In this document: one piece after another, positions 28,101 to 40,000 of the stretch
Numbering within the stretch: position 1 is the stretch's first letter
Layout: each line of letters starts with the position of its first letter
DNA from: Eledone cirrhosa
Taxonomy: Eukaryota
Assembly: GCA_964016885.1 (NCBI GenBank)
Contig: OZ024744.1
Span: 3,596,001 to 3,660,000 of the forward strand
Length of the DNA: 64,000 bases
Reading direction: 5' to 3'
Notes under the pieces: model-generated
Databases searched by the model: none
The model's input: only the letters and a program-made list of their open reading frames with translations
Told to the model about the DNA's origin: nothing
Program-made: the position numbers and the translations under genes

Positions 28101-29778
28101 AGCTTGGTGAAGAACGAAGTTTTGGGGGAAGACAAGGTAGAGAAAGATAGCTTGGTGAAGAACGACGTTTTGAGGGGAGACAAGGTAGAGAAAGATAGCT
28201 TGGTGAAGAACGATGTTTTGGGGAAGACACTGTAGAGAAAGATAGCTTGGTGAAGAACGAAGTTTTGAGGGAAGACAAGGTAGAGAAAGATAGCTTGGTG
28301 AATAACGAAGTTTGGGAGAAGACAAGGTAGAGAAAGATAGTTGGTGAAGAACGAAGTTTTGAGGGAAGACAAGGTAGAGAAAGATAGCTTGGTGAAGAAC
28401 GACGTTTTGAGGGAAGACAAGGTAGAGAAAGATAGTTTGGTGAAGAACGACGTTTTGTGGGAAGACAAGGTAGAGAAAGATAGCTTGGTGAAGAACGAAG
28501 TTTTGGGGGAAGACAAGGTAGAGAAAGATAGCTTGGTGAAGAACGAAGTTTTGAGGGAAGACAAGGTAGAGAAAGATAGCTTGGTGAATAACGATGTTTT
28601 GGGAGAAGACAAGGTAGAGAAAGATAGCTTGGTGAAGAACGACGTTTTGAGGGAAGACAAGGTAGAGAAAGATAGCTTGGTGAAGAACGAAGTTTTGGGG
28701 AAGACAATGTAGAGAAAGATAGCTTGGTGAAGAACGAAGTTTTGGGGGAAGACAAGGTAGAGAAAGATAGCTTGGTGAAGAACGAAGTTTTGAGGGAAGA
28801 CAAGGTAGAGAAAGATAGCTTGGTGAATAACGAAGTTTTGGGAGAAGACAAGGTAGAGAAAGATAGTTGGTGAAGAACGTAGTTTTGAAGGAAGACAAGG
28901 CAGAGAAAGATAGCTTGGTGAAGAACGAAGTTTTGAGGGAAGACAAGGTAGAGAAAGATAGCTTGGTGAAGAACGACGTTTTGTGGGAAGACAAGGTAGA
29001 GAAAGATAGCTTGGTGAAGAACGAAGTTTTGGGGGAAGACAAGGTAGAGAAAGATAGCTTGGTGAAGAACGAAGTTTTGGGGGAAGACAAGGTAGAGAAA
29101 GATAGCTTGGTGAAGAACGAAGTTTTGAGGGAAAACAAGGTAGAGAAAGATAGCTTGGTGAATAACGAAGTTTTGGGAGGAGACAAGGTGGAGAAAGATA
29201 GCTTGGTGAAGAACGAATTTTGAGGGAAGACAAGGTAGAGAAAGATAGCTTGGTGAAGAACGACGTTTTGTGGGAAGACAAGGGAGAGAAAGATAGATTG
29301 GTGAAGGACGAAGTTTTGAGGGATGACAAGGTAGAGAAAGATGACTTGGTGAAGAACGAAGTTTTGGGGGAAGACAAGGTAGAGAAAGATAGCTTGGTGA
29401 AGAACGAAGTTTTGGGGGAAGACAAGGTAGAGAAAGATAGCTTGGTGAAGAACGAAGTTTTGGGGGAAGACAAGGTAGAGAAAGATAGCTTGGTGAAGAA
29501 CGAAGTTTTGAGGGAAGACAAGGTAGAGAAAGATAGCTTGGTGAATAACGAAGTTTTGGGAGAATACAAGGTAGAGAAAGATAGCTTGGTGAAGAACGAT
29601 GTTTTGAGGGAAGACAAGGTAGAGAAAGATAGCTTGGTGAAGAACGACGTTTTGAGGGAAGACAAGGTAGAGAAAGATAGCTTGGTGAAGAACGACGTTT
29701 TGTGGGAAGACAAGGTAGAGAAAGATAGCTTGGTGAAGAACGAAGTTTTGGGGGAAGACAAGGTAGAGAAAGATAGCT

Positions 29779-32700
29779 TGCGAAGAACGAAGTTTTGGGG
29801 GAAGACAAGGTAGAGAGAGATAGCTTGGTGAAGAACGAAGTTTTGGGGGAGGACAAGGTAGAGAAAGATAGCTTGGTGAAAAACGACGTTTTGAGGGAAG
29901 GCAAGGTAGAGAAAGATAGCTTGGTGAAGAACGAAGTTTTGACGGAAGACAAGGTAGAGAAAGATAGCTTGGTGAAGAATGACGTTTTGTGGGAAGACAA
30001 GGTAGAGAAAGATAGCTTGGTGAATAACGAAGTTTTGAGGGAAGACAAGGTAGAGAAAGATAGCTTGGTGAAGAACGAAGTTTTGGGGGAAGACAAGGTA
30101 GAGAAAGATAGCTTGGTGAAGAACGAAGTTTTGAGGGAAGACAAGGTAGAGAAAGATAGCTTGGTGAAGAACGACGTTTTGTGGGAAGACAAGGTAGAGA
30201 AAGATAGCTTGGTGAAGAACGAAGTTTTGTGGGAAGTCAAGGTAGAGAAAGATAGCTTGGTGAAGAACGAAGTTTTGGGGGAAGACAAGGTAGAGAAATA
30301 TAGCTTGGTGAACAACGAAGTTTTGGGGGAAGACAAGGTAGAGAAAGATAGCTTGGTGAACAACGAAGTTTTGGGGGAAGACAAGGTAGAAAAAGATAGC
30401 TTGGTAAAGAACGAAGTTTTGGGGAAAACAATGTAGAGAAAGATAGCTTGGTGAAGAACGAAGTTTTGGGGGAAGACAAGGTAGAGAAAGATAGCTTGGT
30501 GAAGAACGAAGTTTTGGGGAAGACAATGTAGAGAAAGATAGCTTGGTGAAGAACGAAGTTGTGGGGGAAGACAAGGTAGAGAAAGATAGCTTGGTGAAGA
30601 ACGAAGTTTTGGGGGAAGACAAGATAGAGAAAGATAGCTTGGTGAAGAACGACGTTTTGAGGGAAGACAAGGTAGAGAAAGATAGCTTGGTGAAGAACGA
30701 TGTTTTGGGGAAGACACTGTAGAGAAAGATAGCTTGGTGAAGAACGAAGTTTTGAGGGAAGACAAGGTAGAGAAAGATAGCTTGGTGAATAACGAAGTTT
30801 GGGAGAAGACAAGGTAGAGAAAGATAGTTGGTGAAGAACGAAGTTTTGAGGGAAGACAAGGTAGAGAAAGATAGCTTGGTGAAGAACGACGTTTTGAGGG
30901 AAGACAAGGTAGAGAAAGATAGCTTGGTGAAGAACGACGTTTTGTGGGAAGACAAGGTAGAGAAAGATAGCTTGGTGAAGAACGAAGTTTTGGGGGAAGA
31001 CAAGGTAGAGAAAGATAGCTTGGTGAAGAACGAAGTTTTGGGGAAGACGATGTAGAGAAAGATAGCTTGGTGAAGAACGAAGTTTTGGGGGAAGACAAGG
31101 TAGAGAAAGATAGCTTGGTGAAGAACGAAGTTTTGAGGGAAGACAAGGTAGAGAAAGATAGCTTGGTGAATAACGAAGTTTTGGGAGAAGACAAGGTAGA
31201 GAAAGATAGCTTAGTGAAGAACGACGTTTGAGGGAAGACAAGGTAGAGAAAGATAGCTTGGTGAAGAACGAAGTTTTGGGGAAGACAATGTAGAGAAAGA
31301 TAGCTTGGTGAAGAACGAAGTTTTGGGGGAAGACAAGGTAGAGAAAGATAGCTTGGTGAAGAACGAAGTTTTGAGGGAAGACAAGGTAGAGAAAGATAGC
31401 TTGGTGAATAACGAAGTTTTGGGAGAAGACAAGGTAGAGAAAGATAGTTGGTGAAGAACGAAGTTTTGAAGGAAGACAAGGCAGAGAAAGATAGCTTGGT
31501 GAAGAACGAAGTTTTGAGGGAAGACAAGGTAGAGAAAGATAGCTTGGTGAAGAACGACGTTTTGTGGGAAGACAAGGTAGAGAAAGATAGCTTGGTGAAG
31601 AACGAAGTTTTGGGGGAAGACAAGGTAGAGAAAGATAGCTTGGTGAAGAACGAAGTTTTGGGGAAGACAATGTAGAGAAAGATAGCTTGGTGAAGAACGA
31701 AGTTTTGGGGGAAGACAAGGTAGAGAAAGATAGCTTGGTGAAGAACGAAGTTTTGAGGGAAGACAAGGTAGAGAAAGATAGCTTGGTGAATAACGAAGTT
31801 TTGGGAGAAGACAAGGTAGAGAAAGATAGCTTGGTGAAGAACGACGTTTTGAGGGAAGACAAGGTAGAGAAAGATAGCTTGGTGAAGAACGAAGTTTTGG
31901 GGAAGACAATGTAGAGAAAGATAGCTTGGTGAAGAACGAAGTTTTGGGGGAAGACAAGGTAGAGAAAGATAGCTTGGTGAAGAACGAAGTTTTGAGGGAA
32001 GACAAGGTAGAGAAAGATAGCTTGGTGAATAACGAAGTTTTGGGAGAAGACAAGGTAGAGAAAGATAGTTGGTGAAGAACGAAGTTTTGAAGGAAGACAA
32101 GGCAGAGAAAGATAGCTTGGTGAAGAACGAAGTTTTGAGGGAAGACAAGGTAGAGAAAGATAGCTTGGTGAAGAACGACGTTTTGTGGGAAGACAAGGTA
32201 GAGAAAGATAGCTTGGTGAAGAACGAAGTTTTGGGGGAAGACAAGGTAGAGAAAGATAGCTTGGTGAAGAACGAAGTTTTGGGGGAAGACAAGGTAGAGA
32301 AAGATAGCTTGGTGAAGAACGAAGTTTTGAGGGAAAACAAGGTAGAGAAAGATAGCTTGGTGAATAACGAAGTTTTGGGAGGAGACAAGGTGGAGAAAGA
32401 TAGCTTGGTGAAGAGCGAATTTTGAGGGAAGACAAGGTAGAGAAAGATAGCTTGGTGAAGAACGACGTTTTGTGGGAAGACAAGGGAGAGAAAGATAGAT
32501 TGGTGAAGGACGAAGTTTTGAGGGATGACAAGGTAGAGAAAGATGACTTGGTGAAGAACGAAGTTTTGGGGGAAGACAAGGTAGAGAAAGATAGCTTGGT
32601 GAAGAACGAAGTTTTGGGGGAAGACAAGGTAGAGAAAGATAGCTTGGTGAAGAACGAAGTTTTGGGGGAAGACAAGGTAGAGAAAGATAGCTTGGTGAAT

Positions 32701-32932
32701 AACGAAGTTTTGGGAGAATACAAGGTAGAGAAAGATAGCTTGGTGAAGAACGATGTTTTGAGGGAAGACAAGGTAGAGAAAGATAGCTTGGTGAAGAACG
32801 ACGTTTTGAGGGAAGACAAGGTAGAGAAAGATAGCTTGGTGAAGAACGACGTTTTGTGGGAAGAGAAGGTAGAGAAAGATAGCTTGGTGAAGAACGAAGT
32901 TTTGGGGGAAGACAAGGTAGAGAAAGATAGCT
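29779..32932. repeat. Near-complete copy of the inferred ancestral 53-monomer higher-order repeat plus a 13-monomer internal duplication
   Basis: The interval between two successive CTTGCGAAG markers is 3154 bp = 2534 + 621 - 1 (private deletion at ~31229). It contains all array-wide marker monomers in canonical order. Confidence 0.7.
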
Positions 32933-35900
32933 TGCGAAGAACGAAGTTTTGGGGGAAGACAAGGTAGAGAAAGATAGCTTGGTGAAGAACGAAGTTTTGG
33001 GGGAGGACAAGGTAGAGAAAGATAGCTTGGTGAAGAACGACGTTTTGAGGGAAGGCAAGGTAGAGAAAGATAGCTTGGTGAAGAACGAAGTTTTGACGGA
33101 AGACAAGGTAGAGAAAGATAGCTTGGTGAAGAATGACGTTTTGTGGGAAGACAAGGTAGAGAAAGATAGCTTGGTGAATAACGAAGTTTTGAGGGAAGAC
33201 AAGGTAGAGAAAGATAGCTTGGTGAAGAACGAAGTTTTTGGGGAAGACAAGGTAGAGAAAGATAGCTTGGTGAAGAACGAAGTTTTGAGGGAAGACAAGG
33301 TAGAGAAAGATAGCTTGGTGAAGAACGACGTTTTGTGGGAAGACAAGGTAGAGAAAGATAGCTTGGTGAAGAACGAAGTTTTGTGGGAAGTCAAGGTAGA
33401 GAAAGATAGCTTGGTGAAGAACGAAGTTTTGGGGGAAGACAAGGTAGAGAAAGATAGCTTGGTGAAGAACGAAGTTTTTGGGGAAGACAAGGTAGAGAAA
33501 GATAGCTTGGTGAAGAACGAAGTTTTGAGGGAAGACAAGGTAGAGAAAGATAGCTTGGTGAAGAACGACGTTTTGTGGGAAGACAAGGTAGAGAAAGATA
33601 GCTTGGTGAAGAACGAAGTTTTGTGGGAAGTCAAGGTAGAGAAAGATAGCTTGGTGAAGAACGAAGTTTTGGGGGAAGACAAGGTAGAGAAAGATAGCTT
33701 GGTGAAGAACGAAGTTTTGAGGGAAGACAAGGTAGAGAAAGATAGCTTGGTGAATAACGAAGTTTTGGGAGAAGACAAGGTAGAGAAAGATAGTTGGTGA
33801 AGAACGAAGTTTTGAAGGAAGACAAGGCAGAGAAAGATAGCTTGGTGAAGAACGAAGTTTTGAGGGAAGACAAGGTAGAGAAAGATAGCTTGGTGAAGAA
33901 CGACGTTTTGTGGGAAGACAAGGTAGAGAAAGATAGCTTGGTGAAGAACGAAGTTTTGGGGGAAGACAAGGTTGAGAAAGATAGCTTGGTGAAGAACGAA
34001 GTTTTGGGGAAGACAATGTAGAGAAAGATAGCTTGGTGAAGAACGAAGTTTTGGGGGAAGACAAGGTAGAGAAAGATAGCTTGGTGAAGAACGAAGTTTT
34101 GAGGGAAGACAAGGTAGAGAAAGATAGCTTGGTGAATAACGAAGTTTTGGGAGAAGACAAGGTAGAGAAAGATAGCTTGGTGAAGAACGACGTTTTGAGG
34201 GAAGACAAGGTAGAGAAAGATAGCTTGGTGAAGAACGAAGTTTTGGGGAAGACAATGTAGAGAAAGATAGCTTGGTGAAGAACGAAGTTTTGGGGGAAGA
34301 CAAGGTAGAGAAAGATAGCTTGGTGAAGAACGAAGTTTTGGGGGAAGACAAGGTAGAGAAAGATAGCTTGGTGAAGAACGAAGTTTTGGGGAAGACAATG
34401 TAGAGAAAGATAGCTTGGTGAAGAACGAAGTTTTGGGGGAAGACAAGGTAGAGAAAGATAGCTTGGTGAAGAACGAAGTTTTGAGGGAAGACAAGGTAGA
34501 GAAAGATAGCTTGGTGAATAACGAAGTTTTGGGAGAAGACAAGGTAGAGAAAGATAGCTTGGTGAAGAACGACGTTTTGAGGGAAGACAAGGTAGAGAAA
34601 GATAGCTTGGTGAAGAACGAAGTTTTGGGGAAGACAATGTAGAGAAAGATAGCTTGGTGAAGAACGAAGTTTTGGGGGAAGACAAGGTAGAGAAAGATAG
34701 CTTGGTGAAGAACGAAGTTTTGAGGGAAGACAAGGTAGAGAAAGATAGCTTGGTGAATAACGAAGTTTTGGGAGAAGACAAGGTAGAGAAAGATAGTTGG
34801 TGAAGAACGAAGTTTTGAAGGAAGACAAGGCAGAGAAAGATAGCTTGGTGAAGAACGAAGTTTTGAGGGAAGACAAGGTAGAGAAAGATAGCTTGGTGAA
34901 GAACGACGTTTTGTGGGAAGACAAGGTAGAGAAAGATAGCTTGGTGAAGAACGAAGTTTTGGGGGAAGACAAGGTAGAGAAAGATAGCTTGGTGAAGAAC
35001 GAAGTTTTGGGGGAAGACAAGGTAGAGAAAGATAGCTTGGTGAAGAACGAAGTTTTGAGGGAAAACAAGGTAGAGAAAGATAGCTTGGTGAATAACGAAG
35101 TTTTGGGAGGAGACAAGGTGGAGAAAGATAGCTTGGTGAAGAGCGAATTTTGAGGGAAGACAAGGTAGAGAAAGATAGCTTGGTGAAGAACGACGTTTTG
35201 TGGGAAGACAAGGGAGAGAAAGATAGATTGGTGAAGGACGAAGTTTTGAGGGATGACAAGGTAGAGAAAGATGACTTGGTGAAGAACGAAGTTTTGGGGG
35301 AAGACAAGGTAGAGAAAGATAGCTTGGTGAAGAACGAAGTTTTGGGGGAAGACAAGGTAGAGAAAGATAGCTTGGTGAAGAACGAAGTTTTGGGGGAAGA
35401 CAAGGTAGAGAAAGATAGCTTGGTGAATAACGAAGTTTTGGGAGAATACAAGGTAGAGAAAGATAGCTTGGTGAAGAACGATGTTTTGAGGGAAGACAAG
35501 GTAGAGAAAGATAGCTTGGTGAAGAACGACGTTTTGAGGGAAGACAAGGTAGAGAAAGATAGCTTGGTGAAGAACGACGTTTTGTGGGAAGAGAAGGTAG
35601 AGAAAGATAGCTTGGTGAAGAACGAAGTTTTGGGGGAAGACAAGGTAGAGAAAGATAGCTTGCGAAGAACGAAGTTTTGGGGGAAGACAAGGTAGAGAAA
35701 GATAGCTTGGTGAAGAACGAAGTTTTGGGGGAGGACAAGGTAGAGAAAGATAGCTTGGTGAAGAACGACGTTTTGAGGGAAGGCAAGGTAGAGAAAGATA
35801 GCTTGGTGAAGAACGAAGTTTTGACGGAAGACAAGGTAGAGAAAGATAGCTTGGTGAAGAATGACGTTTTGTGGGAAGACAAGGTAGAGAAAGATAGCTT

Positions 35901-37060
35901 GGTGAATAACGAAGTTTTGAGGGAAGACAAGGTAGAGAAAGATAGCTTGGTGAAGAACGAAGTTTTTGGGGAAGACAAGGTAGAGAAAGATAGCTTGGTG
36001 AAGAACGAAGTTTTGAGGGAAGACAAGGTAGAGAAAGATAGCTTGGTGAAGAACGACGTTTTGTGGGAAGACAAGGTAGAGAAAGATAGCTTGGTGAAGA
36101 ACGAAGTTTTGTGGGAAGTCAAGGTAGAGAAAGATAGCTTGGTGAAGAACGAAGTTTTGGGGGAAGACAAGGTAGAGAAAGATAGCTTGGTGAAGAACGA
36201 AGTTTTTGGGGAAGACAAGGTAGAGAAAGATAGCTTGGTGAAGAACGAAGTTTTGAGGGAAGACAAGGTAGAGAAAGATAGCTTGGTGAAGAACGACGTT
36301 TTGTGGGAAGACAAGGTAGAGAAAGATAGCTTGGTGAAGAACGAAGTTTTGTGGGAAGTCAAGGTAGAGAAAGATAGCTTGGTGAAGAACGAAGTTTTGG
36401 GGGAAGACAAGGTAGAGAAAGATAGCTTGGTGAAGAACGAAGTTTTGAGGGAAGACAAGGTAGAGAAAGATAGCTTGGTGAATAACGAAGTTTTGGGAGA
36501 AGACAAGGTAGAGAAAGATAGTTGGTGAAGAACGAAGTTTTGAAGGAAGACAAGGCAGAGAAAGATAGCTTGGTGAAGAACGAAGTTTTGAGGGAAGACA
36601 AGGTAGAGAAAGATAGCTTGGTGAAGAACGACGTTTTGTGGGAAGACAAGGTAGAGAAAGATAGCTTGGTGAAGAACGAAGTTTTGGGGGAAGACAAGGT
36701 TGAGAAAGATAGCTTGGTGAAGAACGAAGTTTTGGGGAAGACAATGTAGAGAAAGATAGCTTGGTGAAGAACGAAGTTTTGGGGGAAGACAAGGTAGAGA
36801 AAGATAGCTTGGTGAAGAACGAAGTTTTGAGGGAAGACAAGGTAGAGAAAGATAGCTTGGTGAATAACGAAGTTTTGGGAGAAGACAAGGTAGAGAAAGA
36901 TAGCTTGGTGAAGAACGACGTTTTGAGGGAAGACAAGGTAGAGAAAGATAGCTTGGTGAAGAACGAAGTTTTGGGGAAGACAATGTAGAGAAAGATAGCT
37001 TGGTGAAGAACGAAGTTTTGGGGGAAGACAAGGTAGAGAAAGATAGCTTGGTGAAGAACG
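31600..37060. repeat. 2728-bp tandem duplication within the array
   Basis: Offsets 31687>34415, 32069>34797, 32422>35150, 32949>35677, 33794>36522 and 34033>36761 all equal 2728. Shared variant CAAGGTTGAG. Confidence 0.9.
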
Positions 37061-40000
37061 AAGTTTTGAGGGAAGACAAGGTAGAGAAAGATAGCTTGGT
37101 GAATAACGAAGTTTTGGGAGAAGACAAGGTAGAGAAAGATAGTTGGTGAAGAACGAAGTTTTGAAGGAAGACAAGGCAGAGAAAGATAGCTTGGTGAAGA
37201 ACGAAGTTTTGAGGGAAGACAAGGTAGAGAAAGATAGCTTGGTGAAGAAAGACGTTTTGTGGGAAGACAAGGTAGAGAAAGATAGCTTGGTGAAGAACGA
37301 AGTTTTGGGGGAAGACAAGGTAGAGAAAGATAGCTTGGTGAAGAACGAAGTTTTGGGGGAAGACAAGGTAGAGAAAGATAGCTTGGTGAAGAACGAAGTT
37401 TTGAGGGAAAACAAGGTAGAGAAAGATAGCTTGGTGAATAACGAAGTTTTGGGAGGAGACAAGGTGGAGAAAGATAGCTTGGTGAAGAGCGAATTTTGAG
37501 GGAAGACAAGGTAGAGAAAGATAGCTTGGTGAAGAACGACGTTTTGTGGGAAGACAAGGGAGAGAAAGATAGATTGGTGAAGGACGAAGTTTTGAGGGAT
37601 GACAAGGTAGAGAAAGATGACTTGGTGAAGAACGAAGTTTTGGGGGAAGACAAGGTAGAGAAAGATAGGTTGGTGAAGAACGAAGTTTTGGGGGAAGACA
37701 AGGTAGAGAAAGATAGCTTGGTGAAGAACGAAGTTTTGGGGGAAGACAAGGTAGAGAAAGATAGCTTGGTGAATAACGAAGTTTTGGGAGAATACAAGGT
37801 AGAGAAAGATAGCTTGGTGAAGAACGATGTTTTGAGGGAAGACAAGGTAGAGAAAGATAGCTTGGTGAAGAACGACGTTTTGAGGGAAGACAAGGTAGAG
37901 AAAGATAGCTTGGTGAAGAACGACGTTTTGTGGGAAGAGAAGGTAGAGAAAGATAGCTTGGTGAAGAACGAAGTTTTGGGGGAAGACAAGGTAGAGAAAG
38001 ATAGCTTGCGAAGAACGAAGTTTTGGGGGAAGACAAGGTAGAGAAAGATAGCTTGGTGAAGAACGAAGTTTTGGGGGAGGACAAGGTAGAGAAAGATAGC
38101 TTGGTGAAGAACGACGTTTTGAGGGAAGGCAAGGTAGAGAAAGATAGCTTGGTGAAGAACGAAGTTTTGACGGAAGACAAGGTAGAGAAAGATAGCTTGG
38201 TGAAGAATGACGTTTTGTGGGAAGACAAGGTAGAGAAAGATAGCTTGGTGAATAACGAAGTTTTGAGGGAAGACAAGGTAGAGAAAGATAGCTTGGTGAA
38301 GAACGAAGTTTTTGGGGAAGACAAGGTAGAGAAAGATAGCTTGGTGAAGAACGAAGTTTTGAGGGAAGACAAGGTAGAGAAAGATAGCTTGGTGAAGAAC
38401 GACGTTTTGTGGGAAGACAAGGTAGAGAAAGATAGCTTGGTGAAGAACGAAGTTTTGTGGGAAGTCAAGGTAGAGAAAGATAGCTTGGTGAAGAACGAAG
38501 TTTTGGTGGAAGACAAGGTAGAGAAAGATAGCTTGGTGAAGAACGAAGTTTTTGGGGAAGACAAGGTAGAGAAAGATAGCTTGGTGAAGAACGAAGTTTT
38601 GAGGGAAGACAAGGTAGAGAAAGATAGCTTGGTGAAGAACGACGTTTTGTGGGAAGACAAGGTAGAGAAAGATAGCTTGGTGAAGAACGAAGTTTTGTGG
38701 GAAGTCAAGGTAGAGAAAGATAGCTTGGTGAAGAACGAAGTTTTGGGGGAAGACAAGGTAGAGAAAGATAGCTTGGTGAAGAACGACGTTTTGGGGGAAG
38801 ACAAGGTAGAGAAAGATAGCTTGGTGAAGAACGAAGTTTTGGGGGAAGACAAGGTAGAGAAAGATAGTTGGTGAAGAACGAAGTTTTTGGGGAAGACAAG
38901 GTAGAGAAAGATAGCTTGGTGAAGAACGAAGTTTTGAGGGAAGACAAGGTAGAGAAAGATAGCTTGGTGAAGAACGACGTTTTGTGGGAAGACAAGGTAG
39001 AGAAAGATAGCTTGGTGAAGAACGAAGTTTTGTGGGAAGTCAAGGTAGAGAAAGATAGCTTGGTGAAGAACGAAGTTTTGGGGGAAGACAAGGTAGAGAA
39101 AGATAGCTTGGTGAAGAACGACGTTTTGTGGGAAGACAAGGTAGAGAAAGATAGCTTGGTGAAGAACGAAGTTTTGGGGGAAGACAAGGTAGAGAAAGAT
39201 AGTTGGTGAAGAACGAAGTTTTGAAGGAAGACAAGGCAGAGAAAGATAGCTTGGTGAAGAACGAAGTTTTGAGGGAAGACAAGGTAGAGAAAGATAGCTT
39301 GGTGAAGAACGACGTTTTGTGGGAAGACAAGGTAGAGAAAGATAGCTTGGTGAAGAACGAAGTTTTGGGGGAAGACAAGGTAGAGAAAGATAGCTTGGTG
39401 AAGAACGAAGTTTTGGGGGAAGACAAGGTAGAGAAAGATAGCTTGGTGAAGAACGAAGTTTTGAGGGAAAACAAGGTAGAGAAAGATAGCTTGGTGAATA
39501 ACGAAGTTTTGGGAGGAGACAAGGTGGAGAAAGATAGCTTGGTGAAGAGCGAATTTTGAGGGAAGACAAGGTAGAGAAAGATAGCTTGGTGAAGAACGAC
39601 GTTTTGTGGGAAGACAAGGGAGAGAAAGATAGATTGGTGAAGGACGAAGTTTTGAGGGATGACAAGGTAGAGAAAGATGACTTGGTGAAGAACGAAGTTT
39701 TGGGGGAAGACAAGGTAGAGAAAGATAGCTTGGTGAAGAACGAAGTTTTGGGGGAAGACAAGGTAGAGAAAGATAGCTTGGTGAAGAACGAAGTTTTGGG
39801 GGAAGACAAGGTAGAGAAAGATAGCTTGGTGAAGAACGACGTTTTGTGGGAAGAGAAGGTAGAGAAAGATAGCTTGGTGAAGAACGAAGTTTTGGGGGAA
39901 GACAAGGTAGAGAAAGATAGCTTGCGAAGAACGAAGTTTTGGGGGAAGACAAGGTAGAGAAAGATAGCTTGGTGAAGAACGAAGTTTTGGGGGAGGACAA

